From positions 80,015-135,117 of the forward strand of contig JAZDOD010000009.1 of the NCBI GenBank assembly GCA_043798995.1: a stretch of DNA of 55,103 nt. Direction: 5' to 3'. Below are positions 51,162 to 55,103 of the stretch, piece by piece. The notes beneath the pieces were generated by a model that did no database searches, had not been told where the DNA came from, and saw nothing but the letters and a program-made list of their open reading frames with translations. Position 1 is the first letter of the stretch; every line of letters begins with the position of its first letter. This DNA is from a bacterium (GTDB lineage: Bacteria > Patescibacteriota > Patescibacteriia > JAACEG01 > JAGUWE01). The position numbers and the translations under genes are program-made.

Positions 51162-53082
51162 TAGCGCGGTGCTAAATAAAATTTTTCGCGATCCCGGTAT
51201 TCAATATGGTTTAAAAGAATTTGATAATATTAAGCCGGTTGAAATGTTAGATATTTTTGAAAAAGAAAAAGGGAAATATTATATTAAATGCTTAAAGCGG
51301 GAAAAAGACATATTATTGCTTAATACCGAAAAGAATTTAGCCAAACCGGAAGAAGTAATACGGCAATTATGGCTGTTAAAACTGGCTAAATATTATAATT
51401 ATCCGTTGGATCGCATTGATTTGGAAAAAGATATCCGATTCGGCCATGAAATTCACTCTAAAGCGGCTGATATTATCGTTTATCGCGAAAACAAGGCAAC
51501 GCCGCTCATTATTATTGAAACTAAAAATCCAACCGTGGAAAAAGGTTTGGACCAATTAAAAACCTATATCAATTCCGAAGGCGCGCCCGTAGGAGTTTGG
51601 AGTAACGGCGTGGATAAAGTGGTTTTATATCGCCCCTATCCGCGCGAGTTTCAGACATTGCGCGATTTGCCCCGCGTTGATCAGACGATTGAAGACGTTT
51701 TGGAAGAAAAATTAACTCTTGACGATTTAAAGACGGATTATGATTTAGTAAAGATTTTAAAAATTTTGGAGGAATTAGTTTTGGCCGGCGCCGGTGTTGA
51801 TTCATTTAATGAGATTTTTAAATTGATTTACGCCAAATTATTTGATGAAAAAGAGGCGAAAAAACGCGCGGACAAAGAAGTGTTTTTTAAACAATCCAAA
51901 GACGTCCAGCTCACTTATGATATCGCGAACAGATTATTTCACGGCGCTTGCAATGAATGGCCGGGGATATTTAATACCTATGAAAACATAGAATTATCGC
52001 CAGGGCACTTATCCGTCTGTATCGGTGAGCTGGAAAAAATAAAACTGCTTAATTCTGATTTGGAAGTAATTGACGCGGCTTTTGAATATCTTTTGCCGGA
52101 TGTGGCTAAAGGCAAAAAAGGCCAATATTTTACCCCGCGCCATGTAATTGATATGGCGGTTAAAATGTTAAGCCCCAAAGACAACGAGTATGTTATAGAT
52201 CCGGCTTGCGGCAGCGGCGGCTTTCTTATTCATGCTATGCGTTATGTCTGGAATAATAGCTTAAAACGCGTTGATAAATCCGTCCAAACCGATTATGCCC
52301 GCAAATATGTTTATGGCATAGATTTTGACGATAAGCCGGTAAAAATCGCCCGAGCTATGATGTTAATTGCCGGCGACGGCAAATCGCATATCTTGAAATT
52401 AAATTCTCTGAATACTAAAGAATGGCAAGGCGATGAAAGCGAAAAAGAAAGAGCGCGCGCCGAATTGCGCGAGCGGCTTCATAAATTTGAAGATTACGAT
52501 AAAGATAAAAATAACAAAGAAAATTTTAAATATTTTGATTTTGATATTTTATTATCTAATCCTCCCTTCGCCGGCGAAATTCACGAAACCCCGCTTTTGA
52601 AAGAGTATGAATTGGCTAAAAACGATAAAGGCAAACTGCGCAACAAAATGGAGCGGCATATTTTATTTATTGAGCGCTCGCTTGATTTAGTTAGGCCAGG
52701 CGGGCGGTTAGCGGTAGTTTTACCGCAGGGAGTTTTTAATAATAGCAATATGGCATATGTGCGCGATTATTTATTGGACAAGGCACGAATTTTGGCGGTG
52801 GTGGGTCTTGAAGCGAACACATTTAGGCCCCATGCCGGAGTTAAGACAAGCGTAATTTTCTTGCAGAAATGGGGAGAAAAAGAAAAACTGCCGAAAGACT
52901 ACCCGATTTTTATGGCTGTATCTAAAAAATCAGGCAAAGATAATTCAGGCGAATATGTTTATCGCAAAGACAAAGATGGCAATTTAATTTTTGACGCGCA
53001 AGGCAAAAAGATTCTGGAGCATGATTTGGATGAGATTGCGGGGGAATTTTTGAAATTTATACTACGATATGGGGGGTTATGA
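51145..53082 (+). CDS. Fused restriction nuclease (HsdR_N-type PD-(D/E)xK) and gamma-class N6-adenine DNA methyltransferase, BcgI-like RM subunit
   Basis: AADIIVYRENKATPLIIIETKNP (D...ExK), YFTPRHV, DPACGSGGFL (motif I) and LSNPPFAG (motif IV). The start overlaps the lexA stop by 17 nt. Confidence 0.75.
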   Translation: MDQKINSAVLNKIFRDPGIQYGLKEFDNIKPVEMLDIFEKEKGKYYIKCLKREKDILLLNTEKNLAKPEEVIRQLWLLKLAKYYNYPLDRIDLEKDIRFGHEIHSKAADIIVYRENKATPLIIIETKNPTVEKGLDQLKTYINSEGAPVGVWSNGVDKVVLYRPYPREFQTLRDLPRVDQTIEDVLEEKLTLDDLKTDYDLVKILKILEELVLAGAGVDSFNEIFKLIYAKLFDEKEAKKRADKEVFFKQSKDVQLTYDIANRLFHGACNEWPGIFNTYENIELSPGHLSVCIGELEKIKLLNSDLEVIDAAFEYLLPDVAKGKKGQYFTPRHVIDMAVKMLSPKDNEYVIDPACGSGGFLIHAMRYVWNNSLKRVDKSVQTDYARKYVYGIDFDDKPVKIARAMMLIAGDGKSHILKLNSLNTKEWQGDESEKERARAELRERLHKFEDYDKDKNNKENFKYFDFDILLSNPPFAGEIHETPLLKEYELAKNDKGKLRNKMERHILFIERSLDLVRPGGRLAVVLPQGVFNNSNMAYVRDYLLDKARILAVVGLEANTFRPHAGVKTSVIFLQKWGEKEKLPKDYPIFMAVSKKSGKDNSGEYVYRKDKDGNLIFDAQGKKILEHDLDEIAGEFLKFILRYGGL

Positions 53083-53256
53083 ATTTTTTTGAAAAGGTAA
53101 AAAAATATATTGATAAAATAAAAAACAAGCCATGGCCCACAACGGGCGACGCTTGTTCTCGTTGATACTATGAATAATAGTATCTAAAAAGATTATAATA
53201 TTTTAACAAACACTTGTCAATATAACTGGTGTGGATAACTAAAATACACAAAAAAT

Positions 53257-54687
53257 ATGGTTTTCTCAATAATCCAAAAATCGCAAATTGAAGACACAAA
53301 GCGGCTAGATGCTGAATATTATCAGCCGGAGTATTTAGAAGTGGAGAAAAAACTCAAATCAATTAATACTAAAACGATTGGCGAAATATCAGATAGTGTT
53401 GTAAATTTCGGCGCATACTCGTTATGTAATTATATCCAATGGCAAGATGGTGGAGTGCCTTATTTAAATGTTCAAGATATCAAAGATGGTTATATTGATT
53501 TTGACGATACAAAATTTATTGGCGAAAAAGTAAACGAGATTTTAAAAAAATCAGAAGTAAGCGAAGGACAGGTTATTCTAACGATGGCTGGGACTATCGG
53601 AAATGCCGCGGTAGCACATAAAATTCCTTTAAAGGTAAATTCAAATCAGGCAACCGCAAAGATTACATTAAAAAAAGAAATTTCTCCGTATTTTTTAACG
53701 GCATTTTTAGGTTCATATTATGGTAAAAATCAAATAATTCGTGAAATTGTTAGTAGCGTTCAGCCAAATATATTCTTATTTCAGATTAAAAATTTTAAAG
53801 TTCCAATTGCAACACAAAAAGAACAAAAAGAAATTGAAAAAATCTATATTCACGGATTGGAGGAATTAGAGAACTCTAAATTATTTTATCGCCAAGCCGA
53901 GAATTCATTTTTTAAACAATTAAATTTACAAAATTTTAAAAATGATGGTTTATTGTCCATATCTATAAATTTGGCCGATATAAAAATAGTCAATCGTTTT
54001 GACGCAGAATATTTTAATTCACCTAGCAATAAAATGCTGGCGATAATCAATAAAGGTAAAATTGCCAAACTTAGCGACTTGGTGGAAATGACTAAGGGCG
54101 TTGAGCCCGGGGCGGAAGCGTATCAAGAGCCCTCCGACGCTCCCACCGGCGCTGAAGCTATGGCGGGCAAGGAAACTATGGAGGGTAAAAAGGGGAAGTT
54201 ATTTATCCGCGTCAGCAGTATTTCCAAAGACGGAATTATTAATAAAGACCAAAAATATATAAGCGAAGATTTATATAATGAATATAAAAAAGATTATCAG
54301 CCACAGGTTGGAGAAATATTATTAACTAAAGACGCCAGCCCGGGGATTGCTTGTTTAGTGCGTGAACCGATAGAAGGAATTGTCGCCAGCGGTGTTATGC
54401 GATTAAAAATTAAAGAAAAAATTAATTTGGAATATTTGACACTGGTATTAAATTCTATTGTCGGCCGCCTGCAAGCCGAACGGGATGCCGGCGGGTCAAT
54501 TATCGTCCATTGGAAACCGGAGCAAATAAAAAATTTAGTCGTTCCAATTTTACCCGTTTCAACGCAAAATAAAATTGGCGATTTAATATCGCAATCTTAT
54601 CAGGCGCGCAAAAAAGCGAAAGAATTATTAGAAGAAGCAAAATTAAAGGTTGAGGAAATGATAGTAAATAATCAATCATTAAAATGA
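53257..54687 (+). CDS. hsdS: Restriction-modification specificity subunit (HsdS-type, two TRDs)
   Basis: RLDAEYYQPEY / RFDAEYFNSP repeat starts, and central and C-terminal conserved helices (ATQKEQKEIEKI / STQNKIGDLISQ). Confidence 0.8.
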   Translation: MVFSIIQKSQIEDTKRLDAEYYQPEYLEVEKKLKSINTKTIGEISDSVVNFGAYSLCNYIQWQDGGVPYLNVQDIKDGYIDFDDTKFIGEKVNEILKKSEVSEGQVILTMAGTIGNAAVAHKIPLKVNSNQATAKITLKKEISPYFLTAFLGSYYGKNQIIREIVSSVQPNIFLFQIKNFKVPIATQKEQKEIEKIYIHGLEELENSKLFYRQAENSFFKQLNLQNFKNDGLLSISINLADIKIVNRFDAEYFNSPSNKMLAIINKGKIAKLSDLVEMTKGVEPGAEAYQEPSDAPTGAEAMAGKETMEGKKGKLFIRVSSISKDGIINKDQKYISEDLYNEYKKDYQPQVGEILLTKDASPGIACLVREPIEGIVASGVMRLKIKEKINLEYLTLVLNSIVGRLQAERDAGGSIIVHWKPEQIKNLVVPILPVSTQNKIGDLISQSYQARKKAKELLEEAKLKVEEMIVNNQSLK

Positions 54688-54839
54688 TTATGAGCAATCC
54701 AAAACATCTTTGCCAAAAATGCTGGGAGAAAAAACACGGACCCCTACGGGATACTGAAACCGAAAGTAATATAATGACTTGCGAAGAATGTGGCGAGAGA
54801 AACGAATTTACTATTTTAGATATAGATAAAGATGATTAA
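54684..54839 (+). CDS. 51-aa zinc-ribbon protein, translationally coupled (ATGA) to hsdS
   Basis: MIMSNPKHLCQKCWEKK...MTCEECGERNEF. It is below the ORF-track cutoff. Confidence 0.4.
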   Translation: MIMSNPKHLCQKCWEKKHGPLRDTETESNIMTCEECGERNEFTILDIDKDD

Positions 54840-54844
54840 GTTAA

Positions 54845-54881
54845 TCGCAACCGACATGTACTGCCATTATACTATAGCCCA
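54845..54881 (-). other. tRNA-like 5' fragment (acceptor strand + D arm + anticodon-loop-like TTGCG), truncated at the end of the RM island
   Basis: The - strand reads TGGGCTA-TA-GTAT-AATGGCA-GTAC-A-TGTCG-GTTGCGA. I found no matching 3' half. Confidence 0.4.
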
Positions 54882-54916
54882 TTGAAAAGGTGGGCCGGGT
54901 CCAAGTGCTCGCGTTT

Positions 54917-55024
54917 CGCCCGACTGCCTTGACTATCGGGGTGCGGAGAATTGAACTCCGGCCACATGCACCCCATGCACGCGTACTACCGTTATACTAC
55001 ACCCCGGCAGTCAAGGCGGGCGGG
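54917..55024 (-). repeat. GC clamp enclosing tRNA-Pro (arms CCCGCCCGCCTTGACTGC / TAGTCAAGGCAGTCGGGCG)
   Basis: The arms at 55024-55007 and 54935-54917 pair as GCCTTGACT/AGTCAAGGC, a 4-nt bulge, then CGCCC/GGGCG. The CCCGCCCG terminus is shared with 20580-20623. Confidence 0.8.
54936..55006 (-). tRNA. tRNA-Pro (anticodon GGG)
   Basis: CGGGGTG-TA-GTAT-AACGGTA-GTAC-G-CGTGC-ATGGGGT-GCATG-TGGC-CGGAG-TTCAATT-CTCCG-CACCCCG-A. Confidence 0.9.
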
Positions 55025-55047
55025 CACTACCGTTACGCTACACCCCG
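55025..55047 (-). other. tRNA-like 5' fragment duplicating the acceptor strand + D arm of tRNA-Pro
   Basis: CGGGGTGTAGCGTAACGGTAGTG(C) versus CGGGGTGTAGTATAACGGTAGTAC is 21/24 identical, with compensatory changes at D-stem pair 11:24. Confidence 0.5.
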
Positions 55048-55052
55048 AAATT

Positions 55053-55085
55053 ATTATTCATTATTCATTATTCATTATTCATTAT
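55053..55085. repeat. Tandem heptad repeat (ATTATTC) x4.7
   Basis: attattc repeated head to tail from 55053. Confidence 0.85.
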
Positions 55086-55103
55086 ATTATATAATTAATA
55101 TAA

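Noticed and set aside
53079-53165. 28-codon ORF overlapping the RM stop codon (MNFFEKVKKYIDKIKNKPWPTTGDACSR).
   Set aside because: It is too short and has no recognisable motif, so it is not listed as a feature. Its 3' part coincides with a hairpin (AACAAGC...GCTTGTT) that may simply be a terminator. It is mentioned only under the RM finding.

Overview
This is a 55.1-kb AT-rich, gene-dense bacterial segment. It uses the standard genetic code, because prfB carries the classical UGA +1 frameshift. The gene content is mostly housekeeping: ParAB, Rel, TopA, DprA, Pth, Der, an LCP protein, a type IV pilin-like protein, LepB, HisRS, YbeY, DgkA, FtsA/FtsZ, NrdR/NrdD/NrdG, HtrA, riboflavin genes, RF2, an epimerase plus Ugd, a split ComEC, Ndk and LexA. 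There are also several membrane-anchored thrombospondin-type-3-repeat proteins. Together with the short intergenic regions, this fits a small-genome Candidate Phyla Radiation / Patescibacteria-type organism, but that assignment is inference only. The left end holds a glycan-active cluster (GH130-like fragment, GT4 fusion, six-hairpin hydrolase, GT4, PIG-L deacetylase, NagB). The right end holds a LexA gene translationally coupled to a BcgI-like nuclease-methyltransferase fusion, followed by an HsdS-type subunit and a small zinc-ribbon ORF. The most unusual content is non-coding. The AT-rich backbone carries at least five families of short GC-rich palindromic elements. One family has termini CCCGCCTGCC...GGCGGGCAGG. 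It occurs as an identical 42-nt in-frame insertion in nagB and topA, as a 132-nt intergenic form, and inside the anticodon loop of a tRNA-Val gene, where its loop is a second complete tRNA-Val. That outer tRNA-Val gene carries three hairpin insertions (D, anticodon and T loops), yet gives a perfect cloverleaf when they are removed. A second nested arrangement sits at the right edge, where tRNA-Pro lies inside a GC clamp between tRNA-like fragments. I saw no rRNA gene, CRISPR array, transposase or integrase. All protein calls rest on motif recognition by eye; no database search was run.
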